Source of the DNA: Corallochytrium limacisporum Hawaii
Lineage: Eukaryota > Protista > Pluriformea
DNA length: 64,000 nucleotides
Assembly: GCA_002811645.1 (NCBI GenBank)
Contig: PDIP01000122.1
Coordinates: 96,098 to 160,097 of the forward strand
Direction of reading: 5' to 3'
The notes under the pieces were generated by a model. It did not search any database, had not been told where the DNA came from, and was given only the letters and a program-made list of their open reading frames with translations. Below, one piece after another: positions 51,343 through 63,700 of this stretch (position 1 is its first letter; each line of letters opens with the position of its first letter). Position numbers and translations under genes: made by a program.

Positions 51343-52509
51343 GGTGCGTCAACAAACTATCCCCCAAAGCGTAACGACTGCCTTTACTTATCTAACAGCA
51401 GGGAGACAGATGATAGGAGTGTCCGGCGAAGCCCGATACTCAATCCTTCACCTTCACACTTTTTGAATGGCCGACGATGATTGTGAGTTATCGCTCGTCT
51501 TATTCACTGGCATAGTCCATCCATGCAGGCGTATGGGACTTTGTTCCCTCGACTATTCTCAACCAACCACCATTGGGTGAGAATGGTCGGAAACAGAGTT
51601 CGTCACCATCGTCCATCGTATCATTAGCGTTTGGTTTGGCCCGCAATGGCTCCCTGCAGAACGCATTCTTCAACAGGATGTACACTTGCAGGTTCGGTCA
51701 TTTCGATCCAGACCCAATGCACTGTACCTATTGCAAATTTCGTCGTCTGTGTACCTGTCGAAAACGCATCCGTTGCATAAGCATACCATTTCGTCAACAT
51801 TACTTATACTTCGTGCATCTTCCATATTTCTACATAATCATTTGGGAGAGAAAGATTGAGTGGAAGAACATTGAGGAGAGGACAAGAGACACTTTTGGGA
51901 GAATGAGTGGCTGGAAAGCATGGATCAGGGTGCCTGTGTGCTCGTGTGACGCAGAGACACCAGCCGCAACACCTTTCCTGCGGACCACAAATATCTCCTA
52001 TGCTTTGTCTTGTGTTGCTTGTCCAAGCGTCCTTCCATACCCTTTCAAGTTTTTCCTTTATTCATGGTAGCATTCCATATTCCGTCACGTATTCCATCCA
52101 TATCCCAGCATTAAGCATTTTCCCTTAACCACCATAAGCGGAAGAAAGCAAGGGAAAGAGAGACAACATCCAAGGGAAGGAAACACATGGTTGTTGACGA
52201 TGACATCGTCGGTAACCATCCTTAGAACTGTGAGCGCAGTGCTTCCTGTCGCCCTACGGAGGGTTTCTTTGATATCTTTCTGGACATCGCTTTGTATCTA
52301 CCATTCCTTTCTACCTTTTAGATCTAATCCCCCGTTCCAATTTTATCTTATGTTTTCCATTTTAATCATTTTAACATTTTGACAAATATATCTTATTCTT
52401 TGAAATAAAAAGAGTACTCTTCATATATTCATAGCCCCATTGAAGAATGTTCGCCGATGATGACTTGCTGTAATTTAGTCTGTGGTAAACCGGATTGTGG
52501 GAAATTTCA

Positions 52510-54723
52510 CTACTCCTTGTCAAGGTACCGATTAAGCAGAGGGAAGAACACATCAAATTCAGTCATCCCCCTAGCATTAACGTCGTTGACATAGGCTGAC
52601 TTGAAATTTTCCAGGTTCGACCTGAACTCCAGTTCTGCATAGTTTGGGAAGGTCACGGCATACGTCGCGACGTCGATGCCCTTCAGTTCCCAGGGCATCG
52701 CCACAGATGCTGGAGCACGGCAAATAATAGCGTGCGCCGTCACCCTGCTACCGAGGACCTCGCTTTCTTTGGATCCCAAGATGGCCTCAACAGGCAGAGA
52801 GATCAAGGATTTGAACGCTCTAAGCTTCTCTTCACTCTCCCCCAAGTCCATGACCGATGAACAGTTCGAGTATGACAGTAGTGGTCCGAATGCAGCCTCA
52901 ATCTGGGCGGCGTACTGAAGGATTGCTCCGCGCTGCCGGTCCTCGAGTGGGTGGACGACCGACGCATGCCAGACAAAGTGTTCTAGAACTGCGACCATCA
53001 GTGTCCTAACGCGGTCGGTCAGGGCCAATTTGTCGCGAAACCGGGCCAGAAACTCGGTGTGCAAGTTTAGAATCTGCGATTGCAAATCGTCGGTGAAGGA
53101 GCTTTCATCACCATAGTCTTCGCTAAGGACGTGTATGTCAGCAAGAAGACCCGTGAGTTTGCCCTGCACTGCTGTGAAGAAGAGGTCAAAGTAATCTTCA
53201 ATCATGGTCCGGCAGATATCAAGGCCGTGGTTGACATGCTCGTAGTAGCTATCCGGCAAGTGAGAGTCCATAGATTGGTAAGCTCCCAGATCGTCACGCA
53301 CGTAGCCAAGGACGTTGACGATGTTGATGTTCTGTAACTGTTTCGGTGGGCAAGGACCCCGCAATCCGACAGCATCCGGTTCCATATACATGGATTGCTC
53401 ACACTCGACCACCAATCTCTGCAGAATCTTACCAACGTTGCGACCAATTCTAGTGCAGAACCGACCGTCGAACTCAGACGCCACAATGTCCGACTTAATC
53501 GTGTTGAGCAGCTTCTGCACGACCATTTCACGGGAAGACGTACGCGAGATTTCACCCACAATGTCAAACATGTAGTCTAGAGAGCGAGTCAGATACTCCT
53601 CTTCAAAACGAATGCCAGCGCCTCGGAGACTCTCCTCGCTGATCTGAAGGTCTTCCTTACGACTTAGACTTTCAATTCGGTTCCATAGCCGGAGTACAAG
53701 CTTCAAATACGAAGGGTATCGCGCGCTGAGCGCCTGACGCAAGGATTTTGACATTGAAGCTGCACGATTTAGTTCTCCCTGCAAAGCCTTGCATATGTCT
53801 GTCCAAAAGACCTGCAGAGGCATGTCCTCAGGTCGACTGCAGATGCTATCTGCCAGGGGACGGTGCGTTCGTGGGTCATTCTTACGCAACAGAACGCGCT
53901 GGAGGACGGCGCAGCTCTTCACCATTTGGTACATTGTCCCAAAAGCTTCTTCGATGTTATTCAAGAGCGTTTTTTCCGGGCCTTCTACACTGGTCTTGAT
54001 TGTCTCCGGATCCAAGTACTGCTTCAAACGATGCTGCATTTCCATGACCTGACGCTTTAGCAGACGGTTGACTGCAGGGCCCAACTCTCCGAGTTGCTGC
54101 AGAATGAAGCAGACTGTGGCCAATTCGATACTGTCCATCACATCATAGCTCTTCTTCAGTCGTTCCGTGGTTTCTTTGATGAGATTACGGCGCATCGCGC
54201 TGATACCTTCCCGTTCCTTGTCCACAACATCGATACCGTCGAGATCACCGGAATCCAGAATAACTTGAATGTCGGCCAAACTCTGGGCAGTTTTTGTCTT
54301 GTCCCGCAGATCACTACCCCTTGTTGCATCCAAACGCTTCAAAATTTGCAAAAACCGCAGAACATTGCGCATGACTACACAAGTCTCCTGGGTTCGCCGC
54401 AGCTGCTTCACGGTAGTTGCGATTCGCTCATGGTAATCTCCAATCCCAGACTGCAGGCGCAGGATTGAGTTTTGCAGAGATATCACCCTACTGCTCACGT
54501 AGGTGAGAACCGTGTCCAAATTCTTGAGTCCCAGTGCCTGCTCAAGCAGGTCACGATAGTGTTCTGCGATCTCTGAATGCAGTTGTTTTTCGATGGTTGC
54601 TACATTCTTGCCGACCTGTTCCAGTGCCTCGTGTACGGCCTTGAGTGTGATGATCTCATTCGTCGCAGTACGAACTTCGTCTGCGTTGTGGAGATCCTCC
54701 ACGTAATTTGATACTGACGGCAT
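52510..54723 (-). CDS. COG5: Conserved oligomeric Golgi complex subunit 5
   Basis: QLHSEIAEHYRDLLEQA, LRFLQILKRL, LDGIDVV, LQRVLLRKNDPRTH, YPSYLKL; helical CATCHR-like body. Confidence 0.88.
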   Translation of the reverse strand: MPSVSNYVEDLHNADEVRTATNEIITLKAVHEALEQVGKNVATIEKQLHSEIAEHYRDLLEQALGLKNLDTVLTYVSSRVISLQNSILRLQSGIGDYHERIATTVKQLRRTQETCVVMRNVLRFLQILKRLDATRGSDLRDKTKTAQSLADIQVILDSGDLDGIDVVDKEREGISAMRRNLIKETTERLKKSYDVMDSIELATVCFILQQLGELGPAVNRLLKRQVMEMQHRLKQYLDPETIKTSVEGPEKTLLNNIEEAFGTMYQMVKSCAVLQRVLLRKNDPRTHRPLADSICSRPEDMPLQVFWTDICKALQGELNRAASMSKSLRQALSARYPSYLKLVLRLWNRIESLSRKEDLQISEESLRGAGIRFEEEYLTRSLDYMFDIVGEISRTSSREMVVQKLLNTIKSDIVASEFDGRFCTRIGRNVGKILQRLVVECEQSMYMEPDAVGLRGPCPPKQLQNINIVNVLGYVRDDLGAYQSMDSHLPDSYYEHVNHGLDICRTMIEDYFDLFFTAVQGKLTGLLADIHVLSEDYGDESSFTDDLQSQILNLHTEFLARFRDKLALTDRVRTLMVAVLEHFVWHASVVHPLEDRQRGAILQYAAQIEAAFGPLLSYSNCSSVMDLGESEEKLRAFKSLISLPVEAILGSKESEVLGSRVTAHAIICRAPASVAMPWELKGIDVATYAVTFPNYAELEFRSNLENFKSAYVNDVNARGMTEFDVFFPLLNRYLDKE

Positions 54724-54752
54724 AGTGTACCTTGTGGTTTCAAAATGCGTGT

Positions 54753-55172
54753 TTAGACAATGTCAGACTTTAACAGGAAATCGTCCAGCTTTTCTGCAAA
54801 GAGCTCACTCTTGATTGGTTCAGTGAGGTTGCAGAATCCGTTCCGCACAAAGTATACGACAAAAATTTCGCTGTATAGACGCTTTAAGAAGTCGCGAAGA
54901 TCACCAACCCTGGGATCTGTGTTGAGAATAAATTTGAAGCCGCTGGCAGACTCGTAGAAATTGAATTTGTAGGCACTAGTTGTGAAACTATGCAGGCCTT
55001 CCTTTCCTTCCTTTACCTGAATGCGCTCTGCAAATGACTTGAGACTATAGATCATACCATAAATCAGCTTGTGCTCTTCACTTTCATTCATTTGTGCCAC
55101 TTTGGGACGGGAATATTCTTTGTGATACAGACATGTCCCGTGCTTATCAAAGATGTACAGGTTATAAATCAT
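54753..55172 (-). CDS. TRAPPC1: TRAPP complex subunit 1 (Bet5)
   Basis: ATG at 55172; MIYNLYIFDKHGTCLY, EEHKLIYGMIYSLKSF, YESASGFKFILNTD, IKSELF. Confidence 0.95.
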   Translation of the reverse strand: MIYNLYIFDKHGTCLYHKEYSRPKVAQMNESEEHKLIYGMIYSLKSFAERIQVKEGKEGLHSFTTSAYKFNFYESASGFKFILNTDPRVGDLRDFLKRLYSEIFVVYFVRNGFCNLTEPIKSELFAEKLDDFLLKSDIV

Positions 55173-55661
55173 GACTGTAGAGCATGACGAGGAGTGTAAC
55201 ACACACGATGCCCCTGTCTATGATCAAACTTTCAGAGTTCGAACTAGATTCCCTACTTTCCAAAAGGAAACGAACCTATCTATTGTTATCCACGTAATAG
55301 CTTTTGCTGAAACTAGCTTCCCAATGACATCCGTCCCTGTGTTTGTTATGATGCTTAGGTGGCTGTTTTGGCTTTTTCTCGTTTACCTCCCCACTCTTTC
55401 CAGTATTGACCTCCTAAAACCGTATCCACCATACTCCGCTGATCCCCTCCTCCAGATCTAGACTTTGGGTGGGCGCCAAAGGTTTAGACGGAACAAGCTC
55501 TCGTCTGCGTCAGGTACTTCTTCGGTCTGAGCAAGCGAAAGGTTTGAGAACTTTAGTATTCATATGGCAGGCGATCATGAAGACTGCAAGAATCTAATAA
55601 GTAATGTAGACATCTCTGCCAAATGCGATTGTTCCTAGTGGGCACCGTGATTTGAAAGATC

Positions 55662-57248
55662 ATGCCGGTCGAGGATCTTCACATCCGGCAAGCCCTGGAG
55701 TCCTTTATGAAGAATTGTTACAAGCACTCCCTAGTACTGTCAGAATTACGCAAAGCAACGGAAAGGCTTTTACAGGAATGCAGGGACCTTACAGCTGTTG
55801 ATACCAAGGAGAATGCGCAATTGCACACATTAATGGAACGATTTGAAGCCGCGTGCAGCCATGCCAAGATACAGGAGACAGTCTTCACTAACCTGGATCA
55901 GCAGCTCAAGCTGCGGTTGGGCAACAACAAATATTCAAGGATAGACATTATCGGATGTGCACGAAGTGTGATTTCGTACGCGGACTACTTCGCCATGTTG
56001 CCTGCATTGTGCGTTGCATTGGCCTCTGCGTTTCGGGATGCCAGCACGTTGACCACCTGGGCATATGCAACTGTGCAACAGGCATACCTCAAGAAAGTGC
56101 AGTCTATGATTAGCGACGGAAAAGCAGACGGAAAGGAAGACATCTGGGACCTCCTGGATAGCTACTGTACTGTCATGGTCTATGACATCAAGCGGGCCTT
56201 GGTAAGAATACTCTCCCATCATGACATCAGAACTCCGGAGCATGCTGACATCCGACTGCGCTGTGAGGACGTCCTCAAAGGGCTGCCCATCGACTGTGAG
56301 GTCGAACGGCAGGTCTCATCACCGCCACACCGATCACATCGGCTCGAAAACTCAAATCTGAAGCAGGATGAAGCCCGATCACAGCGGTTGTCTCCAGCGC
56401 CCGCGCCTGCAACGCCTGGGTCAAAGGGTGTAAACGTGGTGCAATTGGAGGAAACGCTGTTGAGGCCAATCAAAAGCGTGACTCTAGACGAAATACCAAC
56501 AGGTTATGTATTTGAAGACGGTATCGCGACTGCTGTGCAGACATTACGAACTATGGACTGGAAGAACGTCGAGCAAAGCAAAGAGGAGATGCAGGAGATA
56601 CTGAGAATGCTAAACCTTGCCTATGACCAGGAGCGCAGCACAGCGGAACAGGCAGAAACGCTACTCAAGGACATGCGCAATGCGCTGGACGCTGCAAACA
56701 TAGAGATCATTTCACTGCGTAGAAATACAGAGGCGTTACAGGGTAACGTCCAGGACATGGCCGTTCAAATCGCTGACAAGCAGCAGCGCATTGAGGATCT
56801 TCAGCGCGCCTCTCCACCGCGGACATGGGTAGATATGAATCGCAGTATTGCAGAGGTCGACACAAAGCTGGACTACTTGATGAACAGCATGACGAACACT
56901 CGTAGCAACATTCCACATCGCAATGAAGGAGACAGGGACGCCAAATTGGGGTACTTCAATGCGTACCTGCGTAAGAAGGAACTGCAAGAGGGCTCTCCAA
57001 GACCCAAGGACCCACGAATGACCTGGCAGATGCTGGCTGAAAAGCTAGAGCGTCTACTTTACCTTCAGATGGAAGCCAACGAGGAGCTGCAGGCACGTAT
57101 CGCACAGTGCAAGACTTGTTCAGTCCTACGCCTGCTCCTGGACCAGATCACTCAATACCACGAGCTCTACCTGTCTGAGGATGTACAGAACCACATGCTT
57201 GAGTGGTTAGATCAACAGCAACTAGAACATCAACGAAAACAACAATAA
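55662..57248 (+). CDS. Uncharacterised helical/coiled-coil protein
   Basis: 528-aa ATG ORF with heptad segments at about aa 300-410 and in the C-terminus; no family recognised. Confidence 0.75.
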   Translation: MPVEDLHIRQALESFMKNCYKHSLVLSELRKATERLLQECRDLTAVDTKENAQLHTLMERFEAACSHAKIQETVFTNLDQQLKLRLGNNKYSRIDIIGCARSVISYADYFAMLPALCVALASAFRDASTLTTWAYATVQQAYLKKVQSMISDGKADGKEDIWDLLDSYCTVMVYDIKRALVRILSHHDIRTPEHADIRLRCEDVLKGLPIDCEVERQVSSPPHRSHRLENSNLKQDEARSQRLSPAPAPATPGSKGVNVVQLEETLLRPIKSVTLDEIPTGYVFEDGIATAVQTLRTMDWKNVEQSKEEMQEILRMLNLAYDQERSTAEQAETLLKDMRNALDAANIEIISLRRNTEALQGNVQDMAVQIADKQQRIEDLQRASPPRTWVDMNRSIAEVDTKLDYLMNSMTNTRSNIPHRNEGDRDAKLGYFNAYLRKKELQEGSPRPKDPRMTWQMLAEKLERLLYLQMEANEELQARIAQCKTCSVLRLLLDQITQYHELYLSEDVQNHMLEWLDQQQLEHQRKQQ

Positions 57249-57716
57249 GCATCTCCACTACTGAAGACTGGACGTTTTTATTCGAGTTACGCATTATTCA
57301 CAACATGTAAAATGAACATTCCATTCCACTCATAATCTGCCGGTCTCCCGGTACCCCCTCCTACCCAGGGGGCCCTCCCCGGGGGGTAGGCGATTTGCCC
57401 GACCTCGCCCTCGGCCACGTCCTCACCTCGGGTACGTTGAAATGGAGCGCGGCCAGTTGGAACAATAGGAGTGAGACTTATCACGACCCCTATTTAGACG
57501 ACAGCAGCGCGTTCAGCCTATGATATCTCTTGTGATCAGCTTCAAAGCAACAATTGACAAGGTGACCTGCAGAGAATTAAAAAAAAGGGCGACGGAAAAT
57601 GAGGCAGATCTACGCGTAACATCAGCGACAAGATAAAAATAGAAGCTGAACTGTGGATTGTAAAGATGTTACTGTAATGTTGACATAAGTGGAGTTGGTG
57701 CCGTAGCTCGGCAATT

Positions 57717-60700
57717 ATGCCAGGTACTCCATTAGAAATGGCTTGCTTCGAGAAGCCGACATGGAGCCTATCAGAAACTGATGAATTCCTCGTGGAACTT
57801 GGTTCTGATAACGGCGCGTCGGTAGTGCGCACCGTTAAGGTGTTCAATCCCAATGCGTTTGATGTACGGGTAATTTTGACCTCGACATTTCGGGCACACG
57901 GATTAACCATTCAATTTGATAATGAAAACTTACAAACGGATCTAGACGCCATCGAAGAAGGCTCACAAATCAATGAGTTATTCAATCTGGTGAACAACAC
58001 TGACTCATTCCTACTAACTCCGTTTGAGACTCGGAGGCTGGTTCTCTGTTTTAACCCTCGGGCGATTGCGTCTGCAGATGACAGGGATCGGGCAAAATCG
58101 GATCGAATGACAACGGCTACTGGGCATCCAATATCCCTCGAGTCCGACGAGGTATTCTACCACGTACGAGAAATCAAAGGACAGCTTCGGGTGACGTATG
58201 AGTTGGCAGAAGATGGTAATGGACCTGCCGATAACGGCCAGAAGCCCTCTTCGAAGAAGATGGACACTGCATTTTCAATTCGGTGTACTATGTGTCGCTG
58301 TGTCCTTGCAATCGACAGCTCGAATGTTGACTTGGTGTTCGATCCCGCATTTGCGGGCAAGACCTATGTCAAAGACATTCAGCTCTACAATCGCAGTGAA
58401 ATGGTGGTGCCCTTTTCGATCAATCTGAACGGATTACTTACTGCAGCATTTACAATGCAACTTACCGACTATGACAATGGTATGCCTTTGTCAAGAGGCA
58501 AACTAGCTCCTTTCGGAATGCGACGACTGCGATTCAGCTTCTGTCCTAAGCGATCAGGGCAATTCTTCGGTAAAATCAACATTGAAAACGAGGTGGATGC
58601 GTCAAATATTGAACACATAAATTTCCGTGCTGTGGTACATCAACAAGGGCGCAATGACATGATATCCGTGAAGGAGGCATCGGTATTGAATTTTGGGGAC
58701 TGCTATACAGGCGTGGCTAGTGACCAAAAGATCACTTTACAGAACAACACTCGGCTCCCGGTTGATGTGTCATTTAAAAGTCTTGGTGTAAAAGGTCTGG
58801 ATTTCCTTTTACCCATCGAAGAATCAAACCCGACCACGAGAGACACCCTTGGCGGCGAGGAGCATGCCCATGCAATGGATCCCCGCGTTTCTAACGCCGG
58901 CGCGGGCGCTGGTGGCAGCGAAAAGGTTTACAGTGTAACCATCGCGCCCTTGCAAGAGCGTGAGATCATTGTCAGATTCCGACCCGTGGAGGGCGACACC
59001 CCGGAGAATGCTCGGACAATCAAAAAGCGGCTGATGCGATTCCGTGTCGAGTTGAATTCCACCTCAACCGCTACTGTTGGAATGACGGAACGGAGGACTC
59101 TGCAGTGCCGTGCACAGGTCTGTACCTCAATGGTTGAGCTGAGCCACTCAGAAGTGCACTTGGGAGACCTTAACATTGGTACTATTTACACACATGTTGT
59201 CGATGTGGCAAATCTCTCCGAATTACCAACCAAAGTCGAGGTGCTGCTTCGGTCCAAGGTGGTCAACTGCCCGAAGGAAGTATTATATCTTGGACCCCTT
59301 GAGAAGGTCAGCGTGCGATTGCAGATCTGTCCCAGAAGGGTAAACCCAGATTACCGCAAGGAAGTGATTTTTGCCAATATGTTTAATCGCTCCAACGACC
59401 AAGTACTGGACCTGCGATCCAATAACGTCGACGAAAAGGGTGTCTCTTTGCACTCTCTGTTTTACAATTTGGTCACACCGTCCGCACGAAGCTATCTCTC
59501 GTTTGGCCGTGTGGTGAGTGGTTTTCCGTCCATCAGGTCGTTCACTCTGCGCAATGTCACCAAAAGCACATTAGAATTGCGCCTCACTACGGACGAGGAT
59601 TCATCGATGAAACTGTTCGTTCTTCAAGAACGTAATGCGGAGTTGTTGGAAATACCGAGCGCAGCGTCAGTACTACCCCCGGAGTCTCCCTTACTGACAG
59701 CCGCGAAGCGCAGTGCAAGTCATGCTGAGTACCTCGATTTAGCTCAGGATGGTCCCACTCCGCTGAGTCTAGATACAGTCACTCAACGACTAGATCAGAG
59801 TGCTACGAAGGGATTGCGGCCACCGCGAAAGGATGGCGAAAAGAATGGCGAAGATGACTCATTCGGCAGTCCCGCAAAGGTCATGCCACCAGCACCAATC
59901 GATGAAGCCAAGAAGCTCAAAGACACCTTGAGAGGCTCCTTCGAGATAAGCAATCTGCTGAAGACAAAAGACGACGACACAACCTTGCATTCGGACAAAC
60001 AGCGAGCGATGTTGGAAAAAGTTGAAGGGTTCTCGAGAAATTTCAACACACTGCTGGCCACCAATGCTTTGATGCCTGTGGATCGTGTGTCAATACCATC
60101 GCAATCCAGCTGCGAGATCGTTGCGGTCTACGTGGGCAACTCGCATGCTGTTGCGAGCCAAAGTCGTTCTGTGGCGCGGCACGATGAGGAGCGTATTCAC
60201 ATTGAAGTAACTCAGTACGATGCTGGTTTGTTGAAGAGCGAGAAACTACAAGGAATAACTGGTTTGGCGTCTCTTACGACCATTGGCTCTTTGCCCGTTC
60301 GTGATTTGGTGGTGAAGCTGAACATTTGCAAGTCCGCAATTGATATTCGTCAAAAGAATATTAACTTCGGCAGTATGAGTCGCGAGGACAAGCGAAATAA
60401 GGTACTGCTAATCTATAATCCCACCGATGTACCACTCTTCTACAATATCATGAAGAGTGGCAAGATTTTCAGCGATGACTTGCACATTGGTCACCATCAA
60501 AAGGGCATCGTAGCACCGTACAGCAGCCGCAAGGTAGAGTTCTTGTTCAAGCCTACCCTACCGGGTCGATTCGAGGATGTGCTGCTGGTGCAGAACCTGA
60601 TGAATCCGAACAGTATCGAAACGGTACATTTGAAAGCCGTGATATGGAAACCCCCCAACTTCTTCATTGACCACTTGTTGCTTGACTTCGGTACGCTTTC

Positions 60701-63700
60701 CTTTCCGGAGAGTGTGTTTGGCTCGGATGGACATCCGATCAAGGCAACGCGAGTTCTGCGCATAGCGAATATTAGCCAAAAGCCGAGGACATTTGTCGTC
60801 GAATTCTCCCAGGTTGCAGGTACACCCGGGCTACCGTTTTCGATCACTTTGACACAGAAGGAGACAGAGGTCATGACCCTGACAAAGGAGGGTGAAGAAG
60901 AGATTGAGAAGCTTGAACAGAAGCTCAAGATCGCGAAACGCAAGGGCCAAAAGGAAAAGGCCGAGAAGATCGAGGCAACATTGCAAAAACTGAAAGAAGG
61001 ATACCAACAGGGTCCCATTGACAACGGCACTGCAGAGGAAAGCGTTCAGGATGTGAGCATTTCAATGAAGAATGAACAGGGTGAACGTGAGAAGACTATG
61101 AAACAAACGGAACATCGAGTCGTCTTCACGCTTCAGCCCCGCATTGTACAGGTGGTCGAAGTAGAGATTCAAATTGTTCATGTAAGACGTCCATCGAAGA
61201 CTACGCCTAGTCGCATTACCAGTCTCGGTGAGTACGACGAGATAGCGAGCAGCATCCACGTCTATGAGATGCGCAACTATGATGCTGCTAAGGCGGTGAA
61301 ATGTCGGTTCCACTTACATCATCCTTTCGTTTCGTCGACTCTGTCCGCGGCCACCTTACGTCCATCCTCCGCTAAACGTGGCCATCACAACAAGGCATCA
61401 GCTGACGTGGAAGCACCGAATATGTCACCTCTACAACGGGGATCCTACAGAAGCAGTCGCAGTCGCAAGCGACAATCTGATCAGCAGCAGTCGGTTGCCG
61501 CGCAAGAACTATACGCGATCAGCAACATTAGTTTGAAACCCGTGGCTTTGAGCCTTGGCGTCATCAAGGCCTTCGAACCAGTGGAGCAGGTAGTCGAATT
61601 CCTAAATGCTGGCGACATGTTGCAAAAGTTCCAGTACGATGGAATTGAAGAGCGAGAGGTGGCTGACCTTGTAATCGCTACAATGACGCCGGCTGTAGTA
61701 CAAATCGATGGGAAGTCGAAAGCGAAGGCCACCCTGCGCATAACGGCAAAACGTGAGGGACCCCAAGACGTGAAACTGACGTTCCGACGAGACGATGGCC
61801 AACGGATTATGCTGCCGTTGCAGTTCACAGCGGAGAGCAGTCGATGGGTTGTAATAGGCAAGACAGATACAGCCACAAACCTGGATACGCTTGACTATGG
61901 CGCTGTGCCTTTACTCATGCCAAACTTTGAATCCAAACCGCTCGGCATTGTGATCCGAAATAACTACTCAAGGGATCTCGTAGTCCGCCTTGGCACCAAC
62001 CTAAGCAAGCAAGCAGCTTTCTTTGCTGATGCACGGTGTGAGAAACAGTGCACCATGTATACAATTCCATGTGAGTGCTGCATCAAGGTCTTTCTCAGAC
62101 TATCCGGTGGACGAACTAGCGGCGACGGTCAAATGCTTTTCACGGAGGGTCGAGAGCTGGTTGGGGGTTTGCGCGTTGAGCTCTGGGCCCTTGAGAACTC
62201 GGGAGATGACCCGGTTCAATTGGTGCAGTCCAGAAACGCGATCGGAGAACAGAGTGTCAAGTTCAAGGCGACCATCGGTGTCACCGTTCTCAGTGTCCGG
62301 CAGCACTTCCTTGCCCTCGGCGAGACACAGTCTCTCGACACTGTATTCAATGGACAGATTACACTGGCCAATGGATCACGTCATATGCCGGTGAATTACA
62401 TCATCGAGGGTCCAAGAGAACTGACAACGAGCACCAAAGCTGGGCAGATTGTACCAGGTGGTACTGAACGCGTAGATCTTACTATCGAATCCTACCGCAA
62501 CGGTCTGTGGGAAAAGGACATCGTGGTCCGCAATGCCATCGATTCCGCGAACACGGAGAAGGTCACAGCGCGCTTCTTCGTGGACACGGGTGCTGTACAG
62601 ACTGTGGTATGGGAAGGAGATAGCGTGGCCAATGTGCTATCTTTCCGGGGCATTTACTTAGCTGAACGGCACCCGATACCATTCCCTGCCGCTCATAATG
62701 ATTCGGCAGTAGAGGAAGCAATCGAGCCGGGAATTAAGGATCCCATCACGATGGGGCATCCGGATAGCGTCGGCGGTAACATGTACGTCGCCAACCCAGA
62801 GGCTGCCACTAGCTCAGACGCAAAGATTGAGGTCGTAAATTTGACTGCTGAGAAGATGAGCTACCGGATCTGGGCCAATCTGTCCGTGTCCCTAGCTGGG
62901 TATTTTGGTGCTGAAGAGGAGGCTAAAACCTTCAGTATTCTACATAGTGGTGTCAGTGATACAGAACGGTACAGTCCATGCACTGATACGTTTGCCCTTG
63001 AACCACGCAGCAGTCTCCGACTGGCCGTTCGCAGCGTCTTTCCAAATCTGTCGGAATCTGCTTTGATGGTGATCATGGGGGGGAAGATCCAAATGGACCG
63101 TGGTGCCATTATAATTGAGGCTTTGGAAGGTACTGGCACTTTCTATACGACAGGCGAACCCGATCTACAATATCGCAATGTGGTCGGTATCACAGACCTC
63201 AACTTGAGCTACAGCATATCCTTGGCGCACATGGCCACGGAGTACGTGGATCTGGGCTCCATTGCGACTGCGCAGCACGACGTCACCTGCACATTTGACT
63301 TTGAGATTGCAAACGACGGCGAGCTGCCATTGGTTTACACATTGAGCTCCGGCAGCGATGACACTGTGTCTCTGCGGGCAGATGTTGACCAACAGAGCAC
63401 ATCAATGGCCATGCACTCCTGGCTTGGCGAAAGTCCCGACGCCAGCATAGCAGGTGGGGAACCTTTGACCATGTTCAAGGTGCCTCCGAACCGACTGCAA
63501 GTGGTCTGTGGCCAGGTGGTGATTCCACGCGACCTTTCCATTGGTCACCACTGTGTATTCCTGCGTCTACACGATCTGAACAATCCAGCGAGTCGCTTGG
63601 AATTGCCAATTCACTTCGAGCGCATCAAATTCGGGGCTGACTTCCAGGGTTTGGACAAGGAAGGTTGTATCGCACTGCCAGAGTATTCCTATCCCCCATT

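Noticed and set aside
54724-54758. Tiny intron fusing TRAPPC1 to COG5
   Set aside because: The GT...AG pair I tested removes the stop but leaves COG5 out of frame and has a poor donor.
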